Origin: Candidatus Saccharimonadota bacterium
GTDB taxonomy: Bacteria > Patescibacteriota > Saccharimonadia > Saccharimonadales > JACDBH01
Length of the DNA stretch: 58,827 nucleotides
Reading direction: 5' to 3'
Assembly: GCA_013694995.1 (NCBI GenBank)
Contig: JACDBH010000004.1
Location: 1 to 58,827, forward strand
The translations under genes and the position numbers were made by a program. Below are positions 1 to 8,244 of the stretch, piece by piece. Positions within the stretch are counted from its first letter, which is position 1. Every line of letters begins with the position of its first letter. Below the pieces are notes generated by a model. It was not told the origin of the DNA, ran no database searches, and saw only the letters and a list, made by a program, of their open reading frames with translations.

Positions 1-35
1 GCCTATAACAGATGAGCAATGTACAGAATATTGTT

Positions 36-112
36 TGGTCGGGGTGAGAGGACTCGAACCTCCGGTCTCCGCGTCCCAAACGCGGCGCGCTAGCCAACTG
101 CGCCACACCCCG
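36..112 (-). tRNA. tRNA-Pro (anticodon UGG), copy 1
   Basis: The reverse complement folds as a 77-nt cloverleaf. Acceptor is CGGGGUG/CACCCCG, anticodon stem CCGCG/CGCGG, loop UUUGGGA, T-loop UUCGAGU, and the CCA is encoded. Confidence 0.92.
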
Positions 113-159
113 ATAATGTGCTGATTAATTGTAAAGGTTCGAGCCATGGATGAAAAGGA

Positions 160-262
160 CTCGGTCACCTTCGGCGACCCCGAAACTTGCGCGTATGGCA
201 ACAAGTTGCCATCGGAAGGTTTCCTTGCGAAATGCCACTGGCATTTCTCACTCACTCCACCC
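160..262 (-). repeat. tRNA-associated structured repeat, copy A1
   Basis: About 75% identical by eye to 487-576. The two share an exact 23-mer, tggcaacaagttgccatcggaag (196-218 = 523-545). It has three hairpins (163-179, 196-211, 230-246) whose stems differ from copy A2 by compensatory changes. Confidence 0.6.
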
Positions 263-299
263 CACGGGTCTCGCAAGTTCAAGACAAACTAAATCTCTA

Positions 300-344
300 C
301 CATAATAAATAATCCTACAAAAAATGCAGGATTATTTATTATGG
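300..344 (-). terminator. 17-bp AT-rich hairpin starting at the CCA end of tRNA-Lys(UUU)
   Basis: ccataataaataatcct (300-316) pairs with aggattatttattatgg (328-344). The right arm includes the encoded CCA. There is no clean U-tract, so it could be a terminator or a processing structure. Confidence 0.4.
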
Positions 345-418
345 AGGGCCCAGTGAGACTTGAACTCACGACACCCTGCTTAAAAGGCAGGTGCTCTAAC
401 CAGCTGAGCTATGGGCCC
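342..418 (-). tRNA. tRNA-Lys (anticodon UUU)
   Basis: 77-nt cloverleaf on the reverse strand. Acceptor is GGGCCCA/UGGGCCC, anticodon stem CCUGC/GCAGG, loop CUUUUAA, and the CCA is encoded. Confidence 0.93.
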
Positions 419-486
419 GTATATTACGGGTTTGTATTGTTAAATCTTGTTACCTAACGTTAATGTAAGCACCTCTATTTTCAAAG

Positions 487-576
487 GCAGGGTCACGTAT
501 CGCGACCCCCGAACTTCACTATTGGCAACAAGTTGCCATCGGAAGATTCGTTTCCGAACTGCCGCTGGCAGTCCTC
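487..576 (-). repeat. tRNA-associated structured repeat, copy A2
   Basis: Paralog of 160-262. Its hairpins at 490-508, 523-538 and 558-572 have the same tops (GCC-AGY-GGC, GCAA-CUUG-UUGC) with covarying lower stems. It directly follows the truncated tRNA-Lys 5' part. Confidence 0.6.
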
Positions 577-602
577 ACTCTGACCATCTGAACTATGGGC
601 CC
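577..602 (-). pseudogene. tRNA-Lys-like 5' fragment (acceptor 5' strand plus D-arm only)
   Basis: The reverse complement GGGCCCATAGTTCAGATGGTCAGAGT matches the first 26 nt of tRNA-Lys(UUU) at 22/26. I found no anticodon arm, T-arm or 3' acceptor strand downstream. Confidence 0.6.
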
Positions 603-734
603 TCGTCGGCGTGTGATGGTCTAATGACCAAGTTTCCGCCAAAATAAATTTGCCCGGCAACTTTAGTCATCAGACCAAGCTGCCTCCTCTCAAACTCCCA
701 AACAGCAGGCAAGCTGCTTAGCTTGGTGTTTTGC
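603..734 (-). ncRNA. Conserved structured tRNA leader, copy X-prime
   Basis: Homologous to 55517-55644. Shared blocks are ccctcgtcggcgtgtgatg and gcctcctctcaaaNtcccaaac. The intervening helices have different sequences at equivalent positions. Confidence 0.45.
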
Positions 735-765
735 TATTAGGATTTATGGCAAAAGAACAGGGGTA

Positions 766-794
766 ATTATCCTGTATTCATCTGTAAAAGTCAA
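766..794 (-). promoter_or_regulatory. Sigma70-like promoter of the leader/tRNA operon
   Basis: On the minus strand: TTGACT (789-794), a 17-nt spacer, then GATAAT (766-771). The architecture matches the promoter at 55677-55705. Confidence 0.5.
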
Positions 795-900
795 TTCATA
801 ATAGGTTGTATTTGGGTCTTGATAGGCGCCTGTCACTGAGGATTTCTAATTACGAGAAGGCGGGAGTATGATTAGTAGTATTAATCAAGAGGTGAAAGAA

Positions 901-1308
901 ATGACAGAATATAAAGAAACGGTTACAACGAGCCAAGACGAAGGAGTAGATAGCACAGGGGCACAGGTTCAACAGGAAACCCGGAGAGTCGACACCAAGG
1001 TATCGGCAGACAGTAGGTCCACAGCAGCCAATGTTGTTTGGTACATTTTAGGATTTATTGAAATTTTGCTGGCTTTTAGGTTTGTACTTAAACTTCTTGG
1101 GGCTAATCCCAACAGCGGATTTGTAGACTTCATCTATTCAATTACAGGTGTTCTAACAGGACCCTTTGACAATATCTTTGGTGTTGCAAGCACAAGAACA
1201 GGTGCTGTCCGATCCGTGTTTGAACCGTCAATTCTTGTTGCGGCTGCGGTCTACGCCCTTATAGCTTGGGGCATTGTTAAGCTCATGAACGTTAATCGTA
1301 GTACGTAA
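901..1308 (+). CDS. YggT-like small integral membrane protein
   Basis: The ORF runs 868-1308. The ATG at 901 is preferred because it has a GAGGTG RBS 6 nt upstream. The hydrophobic core is VVWYILGFIEILLAFRFVLKLLGANP...TGPFDNIF. Confidence 0.55.
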   Translation: MTEYKETVTTSQDEGVDSTGAQVQQETRRVDTKVSADSRSTAANVVWYILGFIEILLAFRFVLKLLGANPNSGFVDFIYSITGVLTGPFDNIFGVASTRTGAVRSVFEPSILVAAAVYALIAWGIVKLMNVNRST

Positions 1309-1424
1309 CATATTTGCACTTTCCATTTAGTTATAGAATGAGAACTGGATTTAAGCATAACGTTTTGAAGTTCTGTAATTTATTTTACTAAAATGCTTGA
1401 TAAACTTTGTTATTCTAAATCCTA

Positions 1425-2015
1425 ATGATACAAAATACATACTTCACTATGGTTAAAAATAAAAAAAATACAAACCGCTTTACCGAACCAGAACCTGGGC
1501 ACTTCGTTCAATTCTATCAATCAGATCTTAACTTGATCCTATCATTAGTTGAGTATATTGGCTCTGGTTTGAGTAGCGATGAAACTTGTATAGTTATTGC
1601 TACTAAGCCTCATATGTTAGCTCTAAACGACCAGTTAATACTGCACGGTATAGATGTTGATGAAGCTCGTCACACCGGCCAGTATATCGTATTAGATGCT
1701 GCTGAGACGCTGGAAAAGTTTATGATAAATGATCTACCGAATAGAAGCCGCTTTTTCGATGTTATTGGAGCTATGTTGAGAGATTCTGCCCTAAAAGGCA
1801 AGCCGATAAGAGCATACGGAGAAATGGTGGCGCTACTTTGGAAACGAGGTAACAAAGAAGCGGTTATACAGCTTGAAAATCTCTGGAATGAATTGATTGA
1901 AAAGTATTCCGTCTCGCTATATTGTGCCTATCCGGCACTTCATTTCATCTTTGATAAAGAAGTCCAAACTGAAATACACGCATGCCATAACGGGTTGCTA
2001 TCAAGCTTGTCTTAA
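1425..2015 (+). CDS. MEDS-domain protein (stand-alone)
   Basis: HFVQFYQSD...GEMVALLW...LYCAYP matches the MEDS pattern of H-x-vqfY, gEm and lCaY. The start codon is uncertain. Confidence 0.6.
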   Translation: MIQNTYFTMVKNKKNTNRFTEPEPGHFVQFYQSDLNLILSLVEYIGSGLSSDETCIVIATKPHMLALNDQLILHGIDVDEARHTGQYIVLDAAETLEKFMINDLPNRSRFFDVIGAMLRDSALKGKPIRAYGEMVALLWKRGNKEAVIQLENLWNELIEKYSVSLYCAYPALHFIFDKEVQTEIHACHNGLLSSLS

Positions 2016-2076
2016 TTTATATATTCAACCTGCACCTAGTCAATAATTATTAAAATTTAGGGCTATTCGGATGCTA

Positions 2077-2108
2077 ATGCTTGCAATTGCATGAAAGCTC
2101 AGTATATT
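2077..2108 (+). promoter_or_regulatory. comEC promoter (TGCTTGCA box plus TATATT)
   Basis: atgcTTGCAA, a 16-nt spacer, then TATATT (2103-2108). The -10 ends 7 nt before the ATG at 2116 and there is no SD, so the mRNA may be leaderless. Confidence 0.45.
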
Positions 2109-2115
2109 GCGTGCT

Positions 2116-3573
2116 ATGGAAAGGCGCAAAATCTACCGCCGTACGACGCGATATATTTTGTTTGGCGTGGCAGTTTTGGTTGGTTTGGTTTGGGCTCGCT
2201 TAACGCCTGAGTTAAGTGGCTGGCTGCCATTAATGATAGGTATAGCGGCACTGGCGAGTTTTAGGAAAGCTCGGCTAGTTTCTGTATATATTGTAACCAT
2301 ATTCGGCTTCACCCTGGGATGGTACAGGGGTGGGCAGTATATGCATGAAGTCCGCTTCTTGCAGGAAATAAGCAGAGAAAAAGTCGTGCTGAACGGAGAA
2401 GCTTTAACAGATAGCATTTATGACGAAAGAGGTGGTATAGCATTTGATCTAGGCTCGCTAGAGCTTGAGGCTCCGGAGACTAGGAATATAGTTGGTAAAA
2501 TCGGTATATCCGGACATGGCGAGCGTATGGTTTACCGCGGGGATAAGCTACGCATAGTTGGAAAATTTTATCCCTCGCGTGGTTCGTATGTTGCCCGTAT
2601 CAGTTACGCGGAACTTGAAGTGTTAGGGCGGTCAAGTTCGGTAGCCTACCGAGCAACCCGTGAATTTACAGCTGGTATGCAGACGGCATTACCGGAGCCG
2701 CAAGCGTCCTTTGGGCTGGGTCTGTTAATTGGCCAGCGTAATACACTTCCTAAATCTACTAACGAGGTTCTGGCCATGGTCGGGCTGACCCATATTATTG
2801 CAGTTTCCGGATATAATCTAACGATCTTGGTTCAGGCTACGCGTCGCCTGCTTGCTAAAAGATCTAAATTTCAGGCAATGCTGGGTGCATCGTTGCTGAT
2901 ATGCTCATTCTTGATAGTAACGGGGGCGAGTCCGTCTATTGTTCGGGCTTCGATCATTAGCTTTTTAGCCTTGGGAGCCTGGTATTACGGCCGTAACGTT
3001 AGACCTATGGTTTTAATTACACTGACCGCAGCTGCTACTGCGCTTTGGAATCCACTATATTTATGGTCCGATATAGGCTGGTATCTTTCGTTTTTGGCTT
3101 TCTTCGGCGTTTTGGTTGTCGCGCCACTGGCTAGGCGTCGTTTTTTGGCAGGCCGAAAACAGCACATTTTTGGTGATATTATTTTAGAAACTGTAGCAGC
3201 CCAGGTAATGACTTTACCATTAATACTCTATATTTTTCATGAATCCAGTTTCGTGGCATTGCTTGCGAATATATTAGTCGTACCCCTCATACCAATTGCT
3301 ATGTTGCTGAGTTTTGTAGCTGGTGTTGCGGGCATGCTTGTGCCGGCATTATCGGGTTGGTTGGCCTGGCCAGCTAAGTGGTTACTTACCTATCTCTTGG
3401 ATATAGCCAATCTTGTAGCCCGAATACCTCATATGCAGTATTCGGTCAAGATTAACTTCGTTATTATGGCGTTATTTTATTTGATAGCTGCTACCCTAAC
3501 TTACATTTGGTGGCGCAAAACGTTCTCAAATGATAAAATAACAGATGAAAAACAAGTTGTTATTCTTTCGTGA
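2116..3573 (+). CDS. comEC: ComEC/Rec2 DNA internalization channel protein
   Basis: Polytopic membrane protein with GLTHIIAVSGYNLTIL (competence-domain HxxAxSG motif). ATG at 2116 is preferred over the TTG at 2107. No C-terminal metallo-beta-lactamase domain is apparent. Confidence 0.85.
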   Translation: MERRKIYRRTTRYILFGVAVLVGLVWARLTPELSGWLPLMIGIAALASFRKARLVSVYIVTIFGFTLGWYRGGQYMHEVRFLQEISREKVVLNGEALTDSIYDERGGIAFDLGSLELEAPETRNIVGKIGISGHGERMVYRGDKLRIVGKFYPSRGSYVARISYAELEVLGRSSSVAYRATREFTAGMQTALPEPQASFGLGLLIGQRNTLPKSTNEVLAMVGLTHIIAVSGYNLTILVQATRRLLAKRSKFQAMLGASLLICSFLIVTGASPSIVRASIISFLALGAWYYGRNVRPMVLITLTAAATALWNPLYLWSDIGWYLSFLAFFGVLVVAPLARRRFLAGRKQHIFGDIILETVAAQVMTLPLILYIFHESSFVALLANILVVPLIPIAMLLSFVAGVAGMLVPALSGWLAWPAKWLLTYLLDIANLVARIPHMQYSVKINFVIMALFYLIAATLTYIWWRKTFSNDKITDEKQVVILS

Positions 3574-3579
3574 GGTTTT

Positions 3580-4293
3580 ATGTCTGGACATAGCAAATGG
3601 TCAACAATCAAACGCCAAAAAGGAGTGACTGACGCCAAACGCGGGGCGGTATTTACACGAATTGGCAACCAGATTGCAGTTGCTGCCAGGAGTGGTACGG
3701 ATCCATCGATGAATGCCGCCCTTGCTATGGCGATTGAAAAAGCTAAAACCGCCAATATGCCTCTTAATAATATTGAGCGGGCCATAGCTCGTGTTGCAGA
3801 TAAGTCAGCCGCACAATTGCAGGAAGTCATGTACGAGGGTTATGGCCCAGGAGGTGTAGCTATACTAGTAGAATGTGCAACCGATAACTTAAATCGTACC
3901 TACCCGGAAGTTCGTAATGCTTTTAACAAGCATGGTGGCAGCATAGCCGAGAAAGGCGCCGTAGCTTTTCAATTTACCCTTAAAGGTGTTATACGGGTCA
4001 AGGGCTCAGGTGATGAGCTGATGCTCACTGCTCTCGATGTCGGAGCTGATGACGTACAAGAGATGGAGGCAGAATCTTTAATTTATTCCGATCCGAAAGA
4101 TCTTGCCAAAGTTCGTGACGGCTTAAAGTCAGCCGGGGTTGAACTCGTAGAAGCCGAGTTGATATATGAACCTAATGCCACTGTAGAAATCAGCGATGAA
4201 GCCACCCAGGGTAAAGTCATGCGTCTCATGGACGCCCTCGACGATCTTGAAGACGTAACCAACACCTACACTAATTTCGAATTTAAGGATTAA
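3580..4293 (+). CDS. yebC: YebC/PmpR family DNA-binding regulator
   Basis: The N-terminus MSGHSKWSTIKRQKG is diagnostic. The gene sits upstream of ruvC, as in many bacteria. Confidence 0.92.
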   Translation: MSGHSKWSTIKRQKGVTDAKRGAVFTRIGNQIAVAARSGTDPSMNAALAMAIEKAKTANMPLNNIERAIARVADKSAAQLQEVMYEGYGPGGVAILVECATDNLNRTYPEVRNAFNKHGGSIAEKGAVAFQFTLKGVIRVKGSGDELMLTALDVGADDVQEMEAESLIYSDPKDLAKVRDGLKSAGVELVEAELIYEPNATVEISDEATQGKVMRLMDALDDLEDVTNTYTNFEFKD

Positions 4294-4294
4294 T

Positions 4295-4774
4295 GTGCGC
4301 ATAATCGGGATTGATCCAGGTACGGGGATTTTAGGCTTTGGAATTATCGAAGTCGTTAAAGGTAAGCCGCAGTTAGTTGACGGCGGCGTAATCCGTACGC
4401 CAGTAAAAGAAGATGATGCGGTAAGGCTACTTACTATTTATGAAGAACTGACGGATATTATTGTTGACACGAAACCATCGGAAATGGCGGTCGAAAAGTT
4501 GTTCTTTGCCCAGAATGTAACCACTGCGATGACTGTGGCCCAAGCCCGCGGTGTCGTACTGCTTACCGGCATGCAGGCTGGGCTTAGGATATCTGAATAT
4601 ACGCCCTTGCAGATAAAACAGGCCTTAACAGGCTATGGACGGGCAGAAAAGAAGCAGATCCAGGAGATGGTTCGGGTGATATTGGGTCTCAAAAAAATAC
4701 CGAAGCCCGATGACTGCGCCGACGCCCTAGCTACCGCTATCTGTCACAGCATGACTAGCAATATTAAAACATAA
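4295..4774 (+). CDS. ruvC: Holliday junction resolvase RuvC
   Basis: GTG start. N-terminus is MRIIGIDPGTGILGFGII, and the C-terminal DDCADALA acidic motif is present. Confidence 0.9.
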   Translation: MRIIGIDPGTGILGFGIIEVVKGKPQLVDGGVIRTPVKEDDAVRLLTIYEELTDIIVDTKPSEMAVEKLFFAQNVTTAMTVAQARGVVLLTGMQAGLRISEYTPLQIKQALTGYGRAEKKQIQEMVRVILGLKKIPKPDDCADALATAICHSMTSNIKT

Positions 4775-4783
4775 TATCCTTAT

Positions 4784-4804
4784 TTCCAAGACCAGGTCTT
4801 GGAA
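4784..4804. repeat. REP-like palindromic hairpin (left flank of RAYT)
   Basis: ttccaagac-cag-gtcttggaa. The same hairpin, with the shared lead-in aacataatatc, recurs at 5434-5471. Confidence 0.8.
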
Positions 4805-5419
4805 TTATTGGTCTGCTAAACCATACTTTATTTCGTCAAAGATTTCTTTTTGTTCTTCGTAGTCTTTTACGAACTTTAGGTAGTCATTTTTGTCTGTAAA
4901 TAACTCCATAATCCTGTGAGGTTGTAACCATTCTGCATGCTGTTTGCCTAGGTAGTAAGGAAGGCTTGAAAATTTCCATGTCTTATAGGCTTTAGGGTTT
5001 AAATGTATGTAGCGAGAAATATGATGCAAATACGCATCATCAGTGATCATCGATGCCTTAAACCGATCCTGAAATAGGGGGCCGACACGTTTATATTTTT
5101 TATTAAAATATATAGTATATGTGCCGCAAACATTTTTGAGCAATTTTCTTATAGCGTCTTCCTCGAGTTGATAAACTAGAAGGTGAAAATGATTAGGCAT
5201 TAGACAAAAGGCAAGTAACTCAAGGTCATTGTACAGCCAAGGATACTCACGTTTTTTGTAATCTAAAACGGGATGCCTCGAGAGATAACGCTTAAACAGG
5301 TTTAGAAATACAGAATAATCTTCTTCATCTAGAAAAATTCTTCGTTTATTTACCCCTCGATTATAGATATGATAATGGGTATTGTGGAGATAAATCTTGC
5401 GTGAGTTCCGGCTAGCCAT
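4805..5419 (-). CDS. REP-associated tyrosine transposase (RAYT, IS200/IS605 Y1 HUH family)
   Basis: HUH motif in PNHFHLLV and catalytic Tyr region ISRYIHLNP. The gene is AT-rich relative to the flanking ruv genes and is bracketed by identical hairpins. Confidence 0.85.
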   Translation of the reverse strand: MASRNSRKIYLHNTHYHIYNRGVNKRRIFLDEEDYSVFLNLFKRYLSRHPVLDYKKREYPWLYNDLELLAFCLMPNHFHLLVYQLEEDAIRKLLKNVCGTYTIYFNKKYKRVGPLFQDRFKASMITDDAYLHHISRYIHLNPKAYKTWKFSSLPYYLGKQHAEWLQPHRIMELFTDKNDYLKFVKDYEEQKEIFDEIKYGLADQ

Positions 5420-5444
5420 AAAAAATATTATACAACATAATATC

Positions 5445-5471
5445 TATTTCCAAGACCAGGTCTTGGAAATA
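5445..5471. repeat. REP-like palindromic hairpin (right flank of RAYT)
   Basis: tatttccaagac-cag-gtcttggaaata, a 12-bp stem. Confidence 0.8.
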
Positions 5472-5496
5472 ATATAAAGGTGAGATAATTAACTGA

Positions 5497-6078
5497 ATGA
5501 TTGCGACACTTTCTGGGGTAATAAGCGAAAAGCTGTTAGATACGGTCGTATTGAGCGTCAATGACGGCGTTGGCTATGGACTACTAATGACTATCGAGGA
5601 TTATGCCAACTTGGCCTTAGGCCAAAAGGTTAAAATATATGTCTACGAGCATATTCGAGAAAACGCTTATGACTTATTTGGTTTTACTAGCCTCGATAGT
5701 AAATCGATGTTCGAACAACTTTTAAGTGTCAATGGTGTCGGGCCGAAGTCGGCTTTGAGTATTTTATCACTTGGAAATACTAATGATGTTCGGCTGGCAA
5801 TTGCTGAAGGCCATATTAAGTATATCCAAGCGGCAAGCGGCGTTGGCAAACGCGTAGCTGAACGGGTAGTCGTTGATCTTAAAGATAAAGTTGGGTTGGC
5901 AGCGAGCGATGATGCCACTACATTCTTACAATCCCCAAGTGCTGGCAGCGACGAAGCCATGCAGGCACTAGTAGCACTCGGCTACAGCCCACAGGATGCG
6001 GGCTTGGCACTGAAGAATATTGATAAATCCTTACCTGCAGAAGACAGGATTAAGCTAGCTTTGAAAGGTAAAAGTTAA
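5497..6078 (+). CDS. ruvA: Holliday junction branch migration protein RuvA
   Basis: MIATLSGVI...[13 protein letters not shown] (HhH motifs). Its stop overlaps the ruvB start. Confidence 0.92.
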   Translation: MIATLSGVISEKLLDTVVLSVNDGVGYGLLMTIEDYANLALGQKVKIYVYEHIRENAYDLFGFTSLDSKSMFEQLLSVNGVGPKSALSILSLGNTNDVRLAIAEGHIKYIQAASGVGKRVAERVVVDLKDKVGLAASDDATTFLQSPSAGSDEAMQALVALGYSPQDAGLALKNIDKSLPAEDRIKLALKGKS

Positions 6079-7109
6079 TGGCGGTTGAACGGATTATACA
6101 TACGGCTACGGATGATAATGACCCGGTTGAGGTTGAGCTGGAAATTACTCTACGGCCAAGGGATTTCGCCAGTTATATCGGCCAGGAGCGTCTCAAGCAG
6201 AATTTAAAGTTAGCTATTGATGCTGCAAAACAGAGAAGCGAAACATTGGACCATATTCTGCTCTACGGCCCACCCGGTTTGGGCAAGACCACCATGGCAA
6301 GTGTGATTGCTAACGAGATGGGTGCGAGCATCCGTGTTACCAGCGGGCCAGCAATAGAGCGAGCCGGGGACCTGGCGAGCTTACTTACGAACCTACAGGA
6401 CGGCGACATATTATTTATTGATGAAATCCACCGTTTGCACCGGAGCGTGGAAGAAGTGCTCTATAGTGCCATGGAAGATTTTAAGATCGATATTATGCTC
6501 GGTAAAGGACCTTCAGCTAGGAGCCTGCGTTTGGATGTACCTAAGTTTACGTTAATCGGTGCCACGACACGTACAGGTGCACTGGCTGCGCCGTTGAGGG
6601 ATCGCTTTGGCATGATGCACCGGCTTGAATTTTACACGCCCGAGCAGATCGCTAAGATTATCGTTAGGGCTGCAAATATACTGGAGAGCAAGATTCATCC
6701 GGAAGCGGCCAAGATATTATCAACCCGTGCCCGTTTGACGCCGCGCATAGCCAACCGACTACTTAAAAGGGTCAGAGATTTTGCCGATGTAAATGGCGAC
6801 GGCATTATCGATACCGAGACAACCTATGCAGCTTTAAACCTCCTGGAGATTGACGAACTGGGTCTAGACCCGGCAGATCGATATCTACTTGAGCGGATTA
6901 TTGAAAATTATGGAACTAATCCGGTTGGTTTGAATACACTGGCTGCCCTAACCGGCGATGAGGCTACGACTATCGAAGACTTTTATGAACCTTATCTCAT
7001 GCAGATCGGCCTGCTGGAACGTACCCCCCGCGGCCGCAAAGCCACACCAAAAGCTTACAAGCACCTAGATAAAAAGATCAAGGGTGGCGACCAGCCAAGC
7101 TTGTTATAA
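6078..7109 (+). CDS. ruvB: Holliday junction DNA helicase RuvB
   Basis: Walker [10 protein letters not shown], Walker [11 protein letters not shown], and a RuvB C-terminal domain. Confidence 0.95.
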   Translation: MAVERIIHTATDDNDPVEVELEITLRPRDFASYIGQERLKQNLKLAIDAAKQRSETLDHILLYGPPGLGKTTMASVIANEMGASIRVTSGPAIERAGDLASLLTNLQDGDILFIDEIHRLHRSVEEVLYSAMEDFKIDIMLGKGPSARSLRLDVPKFTLIGATTRTGALAAPLRDRFGMMHRLEFYTPEQIAKIIVRAANILESKIHPEAAKILSTRARLTPRIANRLLKRVRDFADVNGDGIIDTETTYAALNLLEIDELGLDPADRYLLERIIENYGTNPVGLNTLAALTGDEATTIEDFYEPYLMQIGLLERTPRGRKATPKAYKHLDKKIKGGDQPSLL

Positions 7110-7194
7110 ATCGACGCACTTAGGCAAATTTATATACCGAACTCTTGTGAGTAGTTTGATGATTAGGACTTACTCGGTGAGAAGTAATATAATA

Positions 7195-7812
7195 ATGCCT
7201 ATGCATCGGACGCAGGCAGAAACAGCACATAGGGAGCAGGCTCAGCAAAAATTATCATCCGAAGGTCGGAAGTATTTTAATTTAATCGAATTTGATGAAA
7301 ACGAAGATCTTGTTACCGAAATTCGCAAGGATCCATTTGGATTATTCCTAATACTTTTCACGGGTATATTCGTAGGCCTAACCATTATGATCATAACCGT
7401 TTTGCTGTCGGCTGCAGACTTGGATGGGTTAGGCTTTGGTAATCTAAGCAGCTTTAGGGGTATATTACTATTTATATCCCTGCTACTTATACTCGGAGTC
7501 GCAATCATGACGTTCATTGGAGCGTTTTTATACCGCAGTAATGTGATTTATGTCACTACTGAAAAGCTTGCTCAAGTCGTGTACATCAGCCTGTTTAACC
7601 GCAAAATTTCGCAACTTTCAATTGGAGATATCCAGGACGTGACCGTAACCCAGAAGGGAATATTTGCGCACCTTTTCAAATACGGAACTTTGGTCGTCGA
7701 AACAGCCGGCGAACAGCAGAACTATACCTTTAGCTTTGTACCAGATCCATACCAGGTTTCGACGCTTATCGTAGGGGCGCATGAGCGTAATCTTGCGCTC
7801 CACGGCAACTAA
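7195..7812 (+). CDS. Membrane protein with bacterial PH (YdbS/DUF304-like) domain
   Basis: Two TM helices are followed by YVTTEKL...LSIGDIQDV...GTLVVETAG. The ORF opens at 7084 inside ruvB, and ATG 7195 is taken as the start. Confidence 0.6.
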   Translation: MPMHRTQAETAHREQAQQKLSSEGRKYFNLIEFDENEDLVTEIRKDPFGLFLILFTGIFVGLTIMIITVLLSAADLDGLGFGNLSSFRGILLFISLLLILGVAIMTFIGAFLYRSNVIYVTTEKLAQVVYISLFNRKISQLSIGDIQDVTVTQKGIFAHLFKYGTLVVETAGEQQNYTFSFVPDPYQVSTLIVGAHERNLALHGN

Positions 7813-7955
7813 CCTGGGCTCCCTTGCTTGGCGTACTACTGTGGCAGAACCTGCGCTACTTATTTCACCGTACCTAATGTACGGGCTCGTTCCGTTGCTC
7901 GTTTCGTTCTTGCATTTCATTCACGCTCGAAGCCCAGTAAGCTCGAGTATTAAAA

Positions 7956-8243
7956 TCATTCGGCGAAAGGATTGTTGCGGGCGTTTTCGAACAGGGTTTG
8001 AACTTCAATATTCTGGTCCTGAAGGTCATTCAGTTTTTTTGCAACTTCAGCATCAATCTTAGGGCGGGGAGTGCCTTGATAAACCTGACCTATCTTAAAC
8101 TCACTAGGCTCCTGCTTCACTAGTTTGCCGCTCGTGTAAAGGAGGTAGGAATACATAACACCAAACGCAAGGATACATAGCAGAGGAACGTAATGTTTTA
8201 GTTTTGGAAGAAGTTCATGCAGTTGCTTATTTAATTTATCCAT
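7956..8243 (-). CDS. Small single-TM protein, last gene of the pilMNO operon
   Basis: Its start lies 1 nt after the pilO stop. It has an N-terminal TM (VPLLCILAFGVMYSYLLY). It could be a PilP-like accessory protein, but the family was not recognised. Confidence 0.55.
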   Translation of the reverse strand: MDKLNKQLHELLPKLKHYVPLLCILAFGVMYSYLLYTSGKLVKQEPSEFKIGQVYQGTPRPKIDAEVAKKLNDLQDQNIEVQTLFENARNNPFAE

Positions 8244-8244
8244 C

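Noticed and set aside
447-647. 66-aa plus-strand ORF from the track
   Set aside because: It lies entirely within the structured repeat A2, the tRNA-Lys fragment and leader X-prime on the opposite strand. It has no RBS. It is most likely a chance frame.
614-672. CUGAUGA...GAAAC in leader X-prime resembling a hammerhead ribozyme core
   Set aside because: The CUGAUGA is sequestered in a long continuous helix with UCAUUAG. The helix II and III arrangement does not fit. The paralogous leader at 55517-55644 does not keep the core spacing.
7084-7194. N-terminal extension of the PH-domain membrane protein overlapping ruvB
   Set aside because: The extension lies inside or just after the ruvB coding sequence and adds no recognisable sequence. 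The ATG at 7195 gives a normal-length protein.
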